Shown piece after piece: positions 45,024 to 55,173 of a stretch of 64,000 nt of DNA. Numbering within the stretch: position 1 is the stretch's first letter; each line of letters starts with the position of its first letter. The notes below the pieces were generated by a model that worked only from the letters and a program-made list of their open reading frames with translations, searched no databases and was not told the origin of the DNA. Location: sequence record NC_014662.1; one strand, given 5' to 3'. The stretch is from Enterobacter phage CC31. The position numbers and the translations under genes were made by a program.

Positions 45024-45045
45024 TATAAATATAAATGTATTTATA
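45024..45045. promoter_or_regulatory. Divergent late promoter boxes (TATAAATA on plus for uvsW; on minus for inh/hoc)
   Basis: tataaata at 45024..45031 and tatttata at 45038..45045. Confidence 0.55.
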
Positions 45046-45060
45046 ACTAAGGAATCGGCA

Positions 45061-46563
45061 ATGCACGATATCAATGTAAAATTTCATGATTTTAGTCATG
45101 TGTTTATTGAATGTGATGAATCCACATTTCATGAACTAAGAGACTATTTTAGTTTTGAAGCTGATGGCTACAAATTCAATCCAAAATACCGTTATGGGCA
45201 TTGGGATGGACGTATTCGTCTTCTGAACTACGATCGTCTGCTTCCGTTTGGCCTCGTCGGACAAATCCGCAAATTCGCTAATAGTATGGGTTATTCAGTT
45301 TACTTCGAACCGAAGATTTTTGAGACTGAAGAAATTACTCGTGAAGCGTTTGATGATTGGCTGGGCAATCTCAATATTTACTCTGGGAGTAAAAAGATTG
45401 AGCCTCACTGGTATCAGAAAGATGCAGTGTTTGAAGGATTAGTTAATCGCCGTCGAATTTTGAACCTTCCAACGTCTGCTGGTAAATCTTTAATTCAATG
45501 CTTACTTGCTCGTTATTATGTTGAGAATTATGAAGGTAAAATTTTAATCATCGTTCCAACAACAGCATTAGTAGACCAGATGATTAACGACTTCTGTGAT
45601 TATCGTCTATTTGGTAAACAACATTGTCTTGGTATTCGTTCAGGTACAAAGCGTGATTCTGATGCAATGATTTATGTTGCCACCTGGCAAACAGCAGTAA
45701 AACAGCCAAAAGAGTGGTTCCATCAATTCGGCATGATGATGAACGATGAATGCCACCTGGCTACCGGTAAGTCTATTTCTACTATCGTTGCTGGTCTAAA
45801 TAACTGCATGTTTAAGTTCGGCTTATCCGGTTCATTAAAAGACGGAAAAGCTAATATCATGCAATATGTTGGAATGTTTGGTGAAATTTTCAAACCAGTT
45901 TCAACATCACAGCTTATGGAAGATGGACAAGTAACTGACTTAAAAATTAACTCTATTTTCCTTCGGTACCCGGATGAGTTTACCGTCAAAATGAAAGGTA
46001 AAACTTATCAAGAAGAAATTAAAGTTATTACAAATGCAAAACGTCGCAATAAATGGATAGCTAATCTTGCAGTAAAATTGGCTAAGCGAGACGAAAATGC
46101 ATTTCTGATGTTTAAACACGTGGCTCACGGTAAAGAGCTATTTGAAATGATTAAAGAACTTGGGTATGAGAAAGTGTATTATGTTTCAGGGGAAGTTTCT
46201 ACTGAAGTTCGTAATGCTCTGAAGGTGATGGCTGAAAATGGAACAGGAATTATCGTAGTTGCGTCTTATGGCGTTTTTTCTACTGGCATTTCTGTAAAGA
46301 ATCTCCATCATGTTATTTTAGCTCACCCAGTTAAATCAAAAATTATCGTTCTGCAAACAATCGGTCGCGTACTTCGTAAACATGATTCTAAATCAGTTGC
46401 TACAGTATGGGATATCATCGATGATATGGGTGTTAAACCAAAATCAGCAAATGCTAAGAAAAAATATGTTCATTTGAACTATGCTTTAAAGCACGCGCTG
46501 GAGCGCATTCAAAGATATGCAGACGAAAAATTCAATTACGTAATGAAACAAATCGATATTTGA
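45061..46563 (+). CDS. uvsW: UvsW DNA/RNA helicase
   Basis: Start at MHDINVKFHDFSHV; Walker A PTSAGKS, DECH box MMNDECHLATGKS match T4 UvsW. Confidence 0.95.
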   Translation: MHDINVKFHDFSHVFIECDESTFHELRDYFSFEADGYKFNPKYRYGHWDGRIRLLNYDRLLPFGLVGQIRKFANSMGYSVYFEPKIFETEEITREAFDDWLGNLNIYSGSKKIEPHWYQKDAVFEGLVNRRRILNLPTSAGKSLIQCLLARYYVENYEGKILIIVPTTALVDQMINDFCDYRLFGKQHCLGIRSGTKRDSDAMIYVATWQTAVKQPKEWFHQFGMMMNDECHLATGKSISTIVAGLNNCMFKFGLSGSLKDGKANIMQYVGMFGEIFKPVSTSQLMEDGQVTDLKINSIFLRYPDEFTVKMKGKTYQEEIKVITNAKRRNKWIANLAVKLAKRDENAFLMFKHVAHGKELFEMIKELGYEKVYYVSGEVSTEVRNALKVMAENGTGIIVVASYGVFSTGISVKNLHHVILAHPVKSKIIVLQTIGRVLRKHDSKSVATVWDIIDDMGVKPKSANAKKKYVHLNYALKHALERIQRYADEKFNYVMKQIDI

Positions 46564-46570
46564 GGAAGTT

Positions 46571-46801
46571 ATGAAAACATTCGAAGAAGTCATTTACGAA
46601 GCTACTATCGACACGTTTATGAGTAAGATTGCTCAGTGCCAAACTTTAGAAGGTTTAGAAGAACTGGAAGCTTATTACAAAAAGCGTGTTAAAGAAGCTG
46701 ACCTGAAAGATACTGATGATATCTCTATTCGAGATGCATTGGCAGGAAAAAGAATGGAATTTGAATCTGAAGATGAGTCAGAATCAGAAGAAGAATTCTA
46801 A
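46571..46801 (+). CDS. uvsW.1: UvsW.1
   Basis: 76 aa acidic ORF directly after uvsW. Confidence 0.7.
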   Translation: MKTFEEVIYEATIDTFMSKIAQCQTLEGLEELEAYYKKRVKEADLKDTDDISIRDALAGKRMEFESEDESESEEEF

Positions 46802-46808
46802 TAAAAAA

Positions 46809-46835
46809 GGCCCCTCAAAAGAGGGGCAAACCACA
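46809..46835 (-). terminator. Hairpin terminator downstream of uvsY operon
   Basis: gcccctcAAAAgaggggc with T-run on minus strand. Confidence 0.5.
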
Positions 46836-46854
46836 AGTGGCATAAAACACTAGG

Positions 46855-47046
46855 CTACATTAAAAGTTGCGTTTCGTTTAATTGCTCTTCTGCGCTTTCG
46901 CTTACCGGCAATTCAATCGCATAATTATAACAAGCACCTGGATGAACAGGGCCTTTATCTGTTTCAACAACCAACGCCGAATCAATCGGTTGCTTACAGA
47001 CAGCACAAATCTTTTCAGACATGATTGTCTCCTCAGTTATTAACAA
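46855..47046 (-). CDS. UvsY.-2-like small Cys protein
   Basis: 63 aa ORF with CxxC pair, downstream of uvsY. Confidence 0.55.
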   Translation of the reverse strand: MLITEETIMSEKICAVCKQPIDSALVVETDKGPVHPGACYNYAIELPVSESAEEQLNETQLLM

Positions 47047-47055
47047 TTCTATTTA

Positions 47056-47475
47056 TTAGTCGCCTGCTTCAAACCTACGCATATCAATAATGTGCTTGAT
47101 TGAAAATCCGCGAGACTTAATAGCATCCATCGCATCGCGACAGAACTCTAACAAAATTCCCCAGTATTGCAAACTTGTATCAATACGAAGAACTTCTTTA
47201 TCGGCAGACAGAACAGTCTTCATCTCAGACTTTTCATAACGGTCCATGCTGAACTCGTCACCATCACCTCTACCTGTATAGTAATCCAACTTCTGCTTTA
47301 ACGCGGACTTCTTCGAAGCCTCGATGCGAAGCATTTCTTTACGAATAGCAGACAATTTTGTCAACCACTTACCATAAAGAACTGGATTATTAGCTGCTTC
47401 ATACTGCAATTTAGTTGAATCAATAATCAAATCTTGTTTCAACTCTTCCTGTAAATCTTCAAGCTTCATAATCAC
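47056..47475 (-). CDS. uvsY: UvsY recombination mediator
   Basis: LEDLQEELK..DSTKLQYEAANN..GRGDGDEFSMDRYEKSEMKTVLSADK matches T4 UvsY. Confidence 0.95.
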   Translation of the reverse strand: MIMKLEDLQEELKQDLIIDSTKLQYEAANNPVLYGKWLTKLSAIRKEMLRIEASKKSALKQKLDYYTGRGDGDEFSMDRYEKSEMKTVLSADKEVLRIDTSLQYWGILLEFCRDAMDAIKSRGFSIKHIIDMRRFEAGD

Positions 47476-47545
47476 CTTTCTTTGTTCAATTTGTTACTCT
47501 AGCAAGGAACTCAAAACCATTATAACCATCTTGAAATAAAAGCGA

Positions 47546-47944
47546 TTAGTTACGGCTTGAGCTTGCCAATTGAAGCTTAATCTGTTCAAGGTCGTCCGGG
47601 TTGTCAATGACGGAGAACTGAACTTCAACGATAAGCGTGTAATCATCGTAAACCGGAGTGACGTTCACCTGAAGACGACGAATGCGTGGTTCATAGTTTC
47701 TTATAGCAGATGTGATGTTTCGTTCTACTGTGTCAGCCGTAAGAGGAGTCATGTTCTCGAAAAGCTGGTCTTGTAAATCACACCCAAAGTTAGGGTCAAA
47801 TGGACGGCTTCCCTTTCTTGTTGTTATAATACCTAAAAGAGAGTTTTTAATTGCTCGTAACCCACGAGCACGTGCAACGTCTTTGGACCAGTTCATTTTA
47901 AGTTCAGGGTCCAAATCCGAATAAAGGTCGTTTATATTTGCCAT
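47546..47944 (-). CDS. 25: gp25 baseplate wedge
   Basis: 132 aa (T4 132); synteny. Confidence 0.9.
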   Translation of the reverse strand: MANINDLYSDLDPELKMNWSKDVARARGLRAIKNSLLGIITTRKGSRPFDPNFGCDLQDQLFENMTPLTADTVERNITSAIRNYEPRIRRLQVNVTPVYDDYTLIVEVQFSVIDNPDDLEQIKLQLASSSRN

Positions 47945-48573
47945 TACAGATACCTGAAGAATTCTTTAAGGCCTTTAATCACTTCAACGTGAGTTGCTCC
48001 GCATTTCTGACATTTCACAGGAACTGCTAGATAAACGGTAGGCTTTAAAAGCATATTTTTGATGCGGATAATATCCTCTTCAGTGATAGCTGAGTAAAGG
48101 TCATCGATTTCTTTGTCATTCAAATCTTCGATTGAAATGGTTTCACCATTCACATAGATGTACTCGATACACGTAGCAATCATCTGTGCGATGTTTTTAT
48201 CATCGAATAATTTTGGATAACGAAGCTTAAGTTTAAAATTCGCTAGAGGATACCAGAGTTCCTCTGGTTCATCGATTTGTGCAGATGTAAAGTTAATCGG
48301 CGTTAATGTTTCGTGACCTTCTGGACATATCCAGATGTTCTCATGATTAACCTCACCTAATGAGTGAGACCATAACTGAATCAGCAGAAGTTCTGACTCT
48401 TGCTTGTTAAGGTTTCGTGCTGATGTACAATTATTAATCAGCCGTTTTACTACTTCACCAATGTTTCCATTGATTTTGCCATCGATGAGCTCTTTGTATT
48501 CTTCTAACGTAAAAGCTCTGCATTGGATATCAGAGCCATTAATCTGGACTTCAAATTTGTAATCGTAGTTCAT
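47944..48573 (-). CDS. 26: gp26 baseplate hub
   Basis: 209 aa (T4 208); synteny. Confidence 0.85.
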   Translation of the reverse strand: MNYDYKFEVQINGSDIQCRAFTLEEYKELIDGKINGNIGEVVKRLINNCTSARNLNKQESELLLIQLWSHSLGEVNHENIWICPEGHETLTPINFTSAQIDEPEELWYPLANFKLKLRYPKLFDDKNIAQMIATCIEYIYVNGETISIEDLNDKEIDDLYSAITEEDIIRIKNMLLKPTVYLAVPVKCQKCGATHVEVIKGLKEFFRYL

Positions 48574-48590
48574 ATTAGCTCCTTACGGAC

Positions 48591-48602
48591 TATTTATAAA
48601 TA
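48591..48602. promoter_or_regulatory. Overlapping divergent late promoter boxes (gene 26 on minus, gene 51 on plus)
   Basis: Palindromic tatttataaata: tatttata 48591..48598 and tataaata 48595..48602. Confidence 0.6.
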
Positions 48603-48622
48603 TTTCAATAAAGGAGACCTCT

Positions 48623-49375
48623 ATGGCCAATATAATTCGTTGTGTACTACCGGACGGGGTCCATCGTTTTAAACCCTTCACGGTAGCTGATTACAGAGAT
48701 TTCCTTCTGGTTCGTAATGATATGCAACATAAAACTTACGAAGAGCAGAAGGTGATTATAAAAGAACTTTTAGCTGATTACTTTGGTGAATATCCTGAGA
48801 CTTTACGTCCATACATGTTCATGAAGGTATTCACTGGCTCAATCGGTAAAACAAAAATTCCAGTAGCTTTCACCTGTCCGACTTGCGAAAAACAAAAGCA
48901 AGTTCTGTTTGACATCAGCCAAGAAGATTTGGTTGAGCCTACTATTGAAGTTGCCGGAATCACAATAGCTTTTAAATTCCCTGAGAAGGAATACGAAGAT
49001 AAAGCTGCAATGATTTACGATTGCATTAAAGCAATTAAATACAACAATCAATGGTATCCTTGGAAAGAGATGTCAGAAGACAACCAAATCCAAGTGATAG
49101 AAGCAATTGACTTTACAACGTTTGAAAAGATTTACACTCAACTAACTCCAATGAGATTTGAACTTAAAATGAAATGTTGCGAGTTAAGAACAAACGTGTA
49201 TGAAGACATTTTATCAGTCTTTAAGCTTCTTATAAACCCAGATGAAATTTTTAGCTTCTATCAAATCAATCACACTCTGGTTAAAAGTTCATATGATTTG
49301 AACAGCATAATGGGTATGATTCCAATCGAGCGAAGCATCGCCCTTTCGTTAGTAGAGAAGGACAATAAGAAATGA
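48623..49375 (+). CDS. 51: gp51 baseplate hub assembly catalyst
   Basis: 250 aa (T4 249); synteny. Confidence 0.85.
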   Translation: MANIIRCVLPDGVHRFKPFTVADYRDFLLVRNDMQHKTYEEQKVIIKELLADYFGEYPETLRPYMFMKVFTGSIGKTKIPVAFTCPTCEKQKQVLFDISQEDLVEPTIEVAGITIAFKFPEKEYEDKAAMIYDCIKAIKYNNQWYPWKEMSEDNQIQVIEAIDFTTFEKIYTQLTPMRFELKMKCCELRTNVYEDILSVFKLLINPDEIFSFYQINHTLVKSSYDLNSIMGMIPIERSIALSLVEKDNKK

Positions 49376-50556
49376 CAGTACTACAACGTCCAGGTTTTCC
49401 TAACTTAAGCATAAAGCTCTATGAAAATTACGATGCTTGGTTAGATAACCGTTTCCTTGAATTAGCAGCAACTGTAACGACACTCACTATGCGTGATGGT
49501 CTTTATGGCAGAAATGAAGGGATGCTGCAATTTTATGATAACAAAAATATGCATACCAGAATGAATGGTGACCAAATCATTCAGATTTCTGTGGCCAATG
49601 CAAACAGTAAAAGAACATTGAACCGCATTTACGGTTGTAAGCATTTTTCAGTTTCAGTTGACTCTAAAGGCGATAACATCATCGCAATTCAACTTGGATT
49701 GGTGCACGAGATTATCAACCTCAAGTTTAGTCGTTGTTTCTTCAACGATGCTGGTGAGTCAATTAAAGAGATGATTGGTGTAATTTACCAAGAAACTCCT
49801 CATATTGCTCCAGCTATAAACTCGATTAACACCTACGTTCCACGGGTTCCATGGACGAGTACGTTAAAGGACTATTTAGCTTGGGTTAGAGAAATTTCAC
49901 TTGCCGTTGAAAGTGACCAATTCGTATTTGTGTGGGAAGACATCTATGGCATTAACATGATGGACTATGCATTTATGATTGCACAAGAGCCTATCCCGGT
50001 TGTGGTCGGTGAACCAAGACAAATCGGTCAAATGGTTAATGAGTTGAATACGGACTTGGCATATGACTTTGAATGGCTCACTAAAGCTAACCAATTTACC
50101 CGAAACCCAATGGCTAACGCTACATTTTATGCTCACAGCTTCTTGGATAATCAATTCCCTCGAATTGTTACGGGCGATGGTTATAACTCGGTGTTAGTGT
50201 CTCGTTCAGGTTCATATTCTGAAATGACTTATCGTAACGCATACGAAGAAGCTCTGCGATTAGGAACGATGGCACAATATGATGGTTATGCTAAGTGCAC
50301 GATGGTTGGTAATTTTGAATATACTCCAGGTCAAAAGATAAACTTCTTTGACCCTAAAAACCAATTCCGCACAAACTTTTACGTAGATGAAGTTATTCAT
50401 GAAGTTTCTAATAACGAATCAATAACTACATTGTATATGTTTACTAACGGACAGAACTTAAGTCCAGTAGAACCAATTAAGGTGAAAAATGAATTTAAAC
50501 CTAATACTTCCAATGAAAACAATTCAAGTGAACCAGAAGGAAATAAAAATTCCTAA
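49372..50556 (+). CDS. 27: gp27 baseplate hub
   Basis: 394 aa (T4 391); synteny. Confidence 0.9.
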   Translation: MTVLQRPGFPNLSIKLYENYDAWLDNRFLELAATVTTLTMRDGLYGRNEGMLQFYDNKNMHTRMNGDQIIQISVANANSKRTLNRIYGCKHFSVSVDSKGDNIIAIQLGLVHEIINLKFSRCFFNDAGESIKEMIGVIYQETPHIAPAINSINTYVPRVPWTSTLKDYLAWVREISLAVESDQFVFVWEDIYGINMMDYAFMIAQEPIPVVVGEPRQIGQMVNELNTDLAYDFEWLTKANQFTRNPMANATFYAHSFLDNQFPRIVTGDGYNSVLVSRSGSYSEMTYRNAYEEALRLGTMAQYDGYAKCTMVGNFEYTPGQKINFFDPKNQFRTNFYVDEVIHEVSNNESITTLYMFTNGQNLSPVEPIKVKNEFKPNTSNENNSSEPEGNKNS

Positions 50557-51016
50557 GCTTGGATTGAAGCATCACAACATGCTGAAAGAAGTTAAATCTC
50601 CGGAAGAGAATTTATCTCTGCTGATTAATTCAATTCATCCGGGTTTAACACCAGCCGAAATCGATTACGTTTCAATTCATTTACTTGAGTTCAACGGTAA
50701 GATTAAAAGTAAGGTAGTCAAAGACGATTTTGAATATGACCTTTCAACTTTAAGAATTGTTCAACGATTAGAATTTCAATTCGCTGGTCATACTTTCAAA
50801 TTCAGAGCTCCTGAGCAGTTTGAAGGATTTGGCGGTGTTGATAAGATGCTTTCAAAATGCCTTGAAACGGTAGACGGTAAAAAAGAAGATGTCGACTTCA
50901 TGAAGATGCCAGCATTTGTGACCAAATGGGCAGATGACATTTCAAGTACCGTAGCAGTAAGCGGCCCTAATGGCGACATCAGAGGAGTTGCCAAAATCAT
51001 AGGAATTTTTGAATGA
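50489..51016 (+). CDS. 28: gp28 baseplate distal hub
   Basis: 175 aa (T4 177); ATG preceded by AAGGTG; overlaps gp27 end by 68 nt. Confidence 0.8.
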   Translation: MNLNLILPMKTIQVNQKEIKIPKLGLKHHNMLKEVKSPEENLSLLINSIHPGLTPAEIDYVSIHLLEFNGKIKSKVVKDDFEYDLSTLRIVQRLEFQFAGHTFKFRAPEQFEGFGGVDKMLSKCLETVDGKKEDVDFMKMPAFVTKWADDISSTVAVSGPNGDIRGVAKIIGIFE

Positions 51017-52773
51017 AAACCGAAAACATGAAGACTATGCGTCGGAAGGTTATTGAAGAGGGTCGTAGTGAAAGAGATGCAGCGAAAGCTGCATCAACTC
51101 AAGCCGAATCTTTATCAGTTCTTTCTTCACAGCTTGATGATTTACAAACTCAAGCTGAGCTTACGTCTGAAGTAATTGAGGATAAAGGTAATCAAGTTAT
51201 TGATGCCTTGAATCGAGTTGACCAAAGCATAATTGATACTACTGCCGGGGCTGAATTAACTGCCGAAGCATCTGAAAGAACCACGGAAGCTGTTAAGCAA
51301 CAGACCGAAGTGTCAAACAAGATTTCAGATAAGCTCAGTAAGCTGACTGAACTTTTAAATGAACGTCTTTCAGCTATCACTCCGAATCTTCCGCAGATAT
51401 CTGTTCCCGATACATCTCTGTCTGTAGTTGAAGATGCAGTACCTGTTGATATAGTGACACCAGGGTTACCAGAGTTACTTCAGGAGTTAATTCCTGACCC
51501 TGTCAATAATACCAATAACCCTAACGATGCGTTCTTCCCTACCGTTCCAGAGAACCCAGAGAGTGATTCTAAAAAGGGAGCTGACGAGGAACGTAAGAAG
51601 AAAGACTCTGACACTCTGAGTAATCTGCTTAAAGCTACAAAAAGTGGATTTAAGGCTTCAATGAGTATCACGGATAGAATAGCTGGAATGCTTTTCAAGT
51701 ACACGGTAACTGCTGTGATTGAAGCTGCTAAAACAGCCGCATTGCTGTTCTCTATTGTGCTCGGTATCGATGTCATAATGAAGCACTTCAAATATTGGTC
51801 AGACAAATTCACTTCAGACTTTGATAAGTTCTCTGCTGAAGCTGGCGAATGGGGAAGCACATTATCATCTATATTCGGAACACTTGAAAACATTCAGAAG
51901 TTCTGGGAAGCTGGAGACTGGTCTGGATTGACTGTTGCTATTGTAAAAGGCGTAACTGAAATCATTTACAACCTCAGTGAACTCATTTCTTTAGGAATGT
52001 CAAAAGTAGCTGCCGCTATTCTTTCACTTATTCCTGGCTTAGGAGATGCTGCATTATCTGTTGAAGGAGCTGCATTAGAAGGTTTCCAAGAAAGAACCGG
52101 TAACTCTCTTTCTAAAGAAGACCAAGATACATTAGCTAAGTATCAATCATCTAAGATTGAAAAAGGCGAAAACTTCTTCGATAAAGTATCTCAAGGTAAA
52201 ACTTGGATTGTTAACAAAATAACTGGAGATGCTAACATTTCTGATTTTGTTACAGACGAAGAAAGAACAGCTCAGAACGAAAAACTCCGTCAGATGAAAC
52301 CTGAAGAAAGGGAACAAGTTCTGAAGAAAGGTAATGAAGCTCGTGCTGCTATTGTCAGATTTGAAAAATACATGGAACAAATCAATCCTGACGATAAACG
52401 TTCAGTTCAATCAGCTGATAAAGCATACGCTAATCTTCAGACACAGTTAAATGACACTGACCTGAATAATTCTCCTATTACCAAAAAAGAATTAAATGCT
52501 CGTATGAATATTGTTACTGCTAAGTATGATAAGCTCAAAGGCAAAGAACCACAGCCTGCTCCATCATCTCAATCTGAAGATGTTAAAAAAGTCGAAAGTA
52601 TCGAGAAGAATAAAGCAGCTGAAAAAGCTTCATTAGGAACTGGCGCAGGAGCTGCAGCAGCTAACTTGTTCAATACAAACAACGTCATTAACAACAGTAG
52701 AACTATAAATACTGTTAGTCCTGTAACGAGCACTAATGCTCCAGGCGTATTTGGTGCAACTGGTGTTAACTAA
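51013..52773 (+). CDS. 29: gp29 tail tape measure
   Basis: 586 aa (T4 590); synteny. Confidence 0.9.
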   Translation: MKTENMKTMRRKVIEEGRSERDAAKAASTQAESLSVLSSQLDDLQTQAELTSEVIEDKGNQVIDALNRVDQSIIDTTAGAELTAEASERTTEAVKQQTEVSNKISDKLSKLTELLNERLSAITPNLPQISVPDTSLSVVEDAVPVDIVTPGLPELLQELIPDPVNNTNNPNDAFFPTVPENPESDSKKGADEERKKKDSDTLSNLLKATKSGFKASMSITDRIAGMLFKYTVTAVIEAAKTAALLFSIVLGIDVIMKHFKYWSDKFTSDFDKFSAEAGEWGSTLSSIFGTLENIQKFWEAGDWSGLTVAIVKGVTEIIYNLSELISLGMSKVAAAILSLIPGLGDAALSVEGAALEGFQERTGNSLSKEDQDTLAKYQSSKIEKGENFFDKVSQGKTWIVNKITGDANISDFVTDEERTAQNEKLRQMKPEEREQVLKKGNEARAAIVRFEKYMEQINPDDKRSVQSADKAYANLQTQLNDTDLNNSPITKKELNARMNIVTAKYDKLKGKEPQPAPSSQSEDVKKVESIEKNKAAEKASLGTGAGAAAANLFNTNNVINNSRTINTVSPVTSTNAPGVFGATGVN

Positions 52774-52782
52774 GGAATAATC

Positions 52783-53832
52783 ATGGCTATAAGAGCTACA
52801 GAAATTCTAGATAAAGCTTTCGGCAGTGGAGAAAAGACCTCTGCCGGCCAAAGCTCTATTTCATCAACTCGAAGAAGTACTGTAACAGCTCAATATCCGG
52901 CAGAACGTTCTGCCGGTAACGACGCTGCAGGAGACCTTCGTGTTCATGACCTTTATAAGAACGGATTGCTGTTTACTGCATACGATATGAGTTCAAGAAC
53001 GACTCCCGACCTTCGTAGTATGCGTCAATCACAATTGAGTAAATCAGCAAGTTCTATTCTCAATAGTCTTGGAATTAAAAACAACGGACAAGTCGATAAA
53101 TCTCCGATTGCGAATATTTTACTTCCACGTTCTAAATCAGACGTTGAATCAATATCACACAAGTTCAATGATGTTGGTGATTCATTAATGACTCGTGGTA
53201 ATAACTCAGCTACTGGAGTATTGAGTAACGTTGCATCTACAGCAGTATTTGGTGCATTAGATTCAATCACTCAAGGTCTGATGGCTGACAATAACGAGCA
53301 AATCTATAACACTGCACGAAGCATGTATGCGGGCGCAGATAACAGAACGAAAGTATTCACTTGGGATTTGACTCCTCGTTCAGTGGCGGATTTGGTTTCA
53401 ATTATTCAAATATACGAGTACTTTAACTATTTCAGCTACGGTGAAACCGGTAATTCAACTTATGCTAAAGAGTTGAAAGGACAATTAGATGAGTGGTACA
53501 AAACAACTCTGTTATCTCCATTGACTCCAGATGGAGCTGATTTGAATAACACAATGTTTGAAAATATCACTTCATTCTTAAGTAATGTTATTGTTGTGAC
53601 TAACCCAACGGTATGGTTCATCAGAAACTTTGGTAAGACATCTAAATTCGATGGAAGAGCTGAAGTGTTTGGCCCATGCCAGATTCAGAGTATTCGCTTC
53701 GATAAAACTCCGAATGGTCAATTCAATGGTTTAGCAATTGCTCCTAATATGCCAAGCACATTCACTCTGGAAATTACTTTCCGTGAAATCTTGACACTGA
53801 ACAGAGCATCACTTTATGCAGAAGGTTTCTAA
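52783..53832 (+). CDS. 48: gp48 baseplate tail-tube cap
   Basis: 349 aa; synteny. Confidence 0.85.
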   Translation: MAIRATEILDKAFGSGEKTSAGQSSISSTRRSTVTAQYPAERSAGNDAAGDLRVHDLYKNGLLFTAYDMSSRTTPDLRSMRQSQLSKSASSILNSLGIKNNGQVDKSPIANILLPRSKSDVESISHKFNDVGDSLMTRGNNSATGVLSNVASTAVFGALDSITQGLMADNNEQIYNTARSMYAGADNRTKVFTWDLTPRSVADLVSIIQIYEYFNYFSYGETGNSTYAKELKGQLDEWYKTTLLSPLTPDGADLNNTMFENITSFLSNVIVVTNPTVWFIRNFGKTSKFDGRAEVFGPCQIQSIRFDKTPNGQFNGLAIAPNMPSTFTLEITFREILTLNRASLYAEGF

Positions 53833-54794
53833 TGCTTAATTTAGATGAATTCAACAACCAAGTAATGAACGTTGATTTCCAACGTACAAATATGTTTAGT
53901 TGTGTATTCGCAACGTCTCCATCTGCAAAGTCTCAATTACTGTTGGACCAATTCGGTGGAATGCTTTATAATAACTTGCCAGTCTCAGGAGACTGGCTTG
54001 GATTATCTCAAGGCGAATTTACACAAGGACTTACATCAATTATCACCGCAGGTACTCAGGAACTTGTTCGTAAATCGGGCGTATCTAAGTACCTTATTGG
54101 AGCAATGACTAATCGTGTTGTTCAGTCTTTATTGGGAGAATTTGAAGTCGGTACTTATTTACTTGACTTCTTCAATATGGCTTTCCCAACATCAGGATTG
54201 ATGATTTATTCAGCTAAAATTCCTGATAATAGACTGTCTCATGAAACAGACTGGCTTCATAACTCTCCGAATATTCGTATCACCGGAAGAGAATTAGAGC
54301 CGCTTACTTTAAGTTTCCGAATGGATTCTGAAGCAAGTAACTGGAGAGCAATGCAAGACTGGGTTAACTCTGTACAAGACCCTGTCACTGGATTAAGAGC
54401 TCTTCCTGTTGACGTTGAAGCTGATATTCAAGTTAACTTGCATGCACGCAATGGACTACCTCATACAGTGTGTATGTTCACAGGTTGTGTTCCAGTTTCA
54501 TGTGGTTCACCTGAATTTACTTGGGATGGTGACAACCAAATTGCTGTATTTGACGTTCAGTTTGCTTATCGTGTTATGCAGGTAGGTGCTGTTGGTCGTC
54601 AAGCTGCTGCTGACTGGGTTGAAGATAGACTTGTTCATGCTATTGGAAATATTTCTGATGACATGGGTCTGGACTCATCACTGTCAAGACTTAGTAGATT
54701 AGGAGGCGCTGCTGGAGGTATTACTCAGATGGGTAATGCGATAGGGCGTAAGACTGGAATGTGGAATAGTACTTCCAAGATACTTGGACTATAG
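53832..54794 (+). CDS. 54: gp54 baseplate tail-tube initiator
   Basis: 320 aa (T4 320); synteny. Confidence 0.9.
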   Translation: MLNLDEFNNQVMNVDFQRTNMFSCVFATSPSAKSQLLLDQFGGMLYNNLPVSGDWLGLSQGEFTQGLTSIITAGTQELVRKSGVSKYLIGAMTNRVVQSLLGEFEVGTYLLDFFNMAFPTSGLMIYSAKIPDNRLSHETDWLHNSPNIRITGRELEPLTLSFRMDSEASNWRAMQDWVNSVQDPVTGLRALPVDVEADIQVNLHARNGLPHTVCMFTGCVPVSCGSPEFTWDGDNQIAVFDVQFAYRVMQVGAVGRQAAADWVEDRLVHAIGNISDDMGLDSSLSRLSRLGGAAGGITQMGNAIGRKTGMWNSTSKILGL

Positions 54795-54799
54795 AAAAA

Positions 54800-54830
54800 G
54801 GGAGCCGCAAGGCTCCCTTTGTTTTATTTG
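54800..54830. terminator. GCAA-tetraloop hairpin terminator after gene 54
   Basis: gggagccGCAAggctccc followed by tttgttttatttg; A-run on other side. Confidence 0.6.
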
Positions 54831-55114
54831 CGGAACACCACGAAAGCATTCAGAACAACTTCCGAAGATTGCTCAATGTTAGTTACAGTGATTTTAAACG
54901 GAACTTCACCATTGAACTTACCGTTCAGAGTGTAAGCGATATACCCCTCACATTTGTCTTCTGGAATTCCGAAAGGTGCCAGTGGAACCATTTCAACCAT
55001 TCCTTTAGCAATCTTTTGAATCTCGTTAAAGACCATGTTATTGAATTCGTCAGATACTGGAACTACACCTTCAACAACAGTTTCTTGGCCATTCATACGC
55101 AGAATCGATTTCAT
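54824..55114 (-). CDS. Hypothetical protein downstream of alt
   Basis: Start set at MKSILRMNGQ after GAGGAG. Confidence 0.5.
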   Translation of the reverse strand: MKSILRMNGQETVVEGVVPVSDEFNNMVFNEIQKIAKGMVEMVPLAPFGIPEDKCEGYIAYTLNGKFNGEVPFKITVTNIEQSSEVVLNAFVVFRK

Positions 55115-55173
55115 GATGTTCTCCTCAGTTAGTGTAAGTCTATAGTAACACACTTCCATGTGCGTGTAAACGG

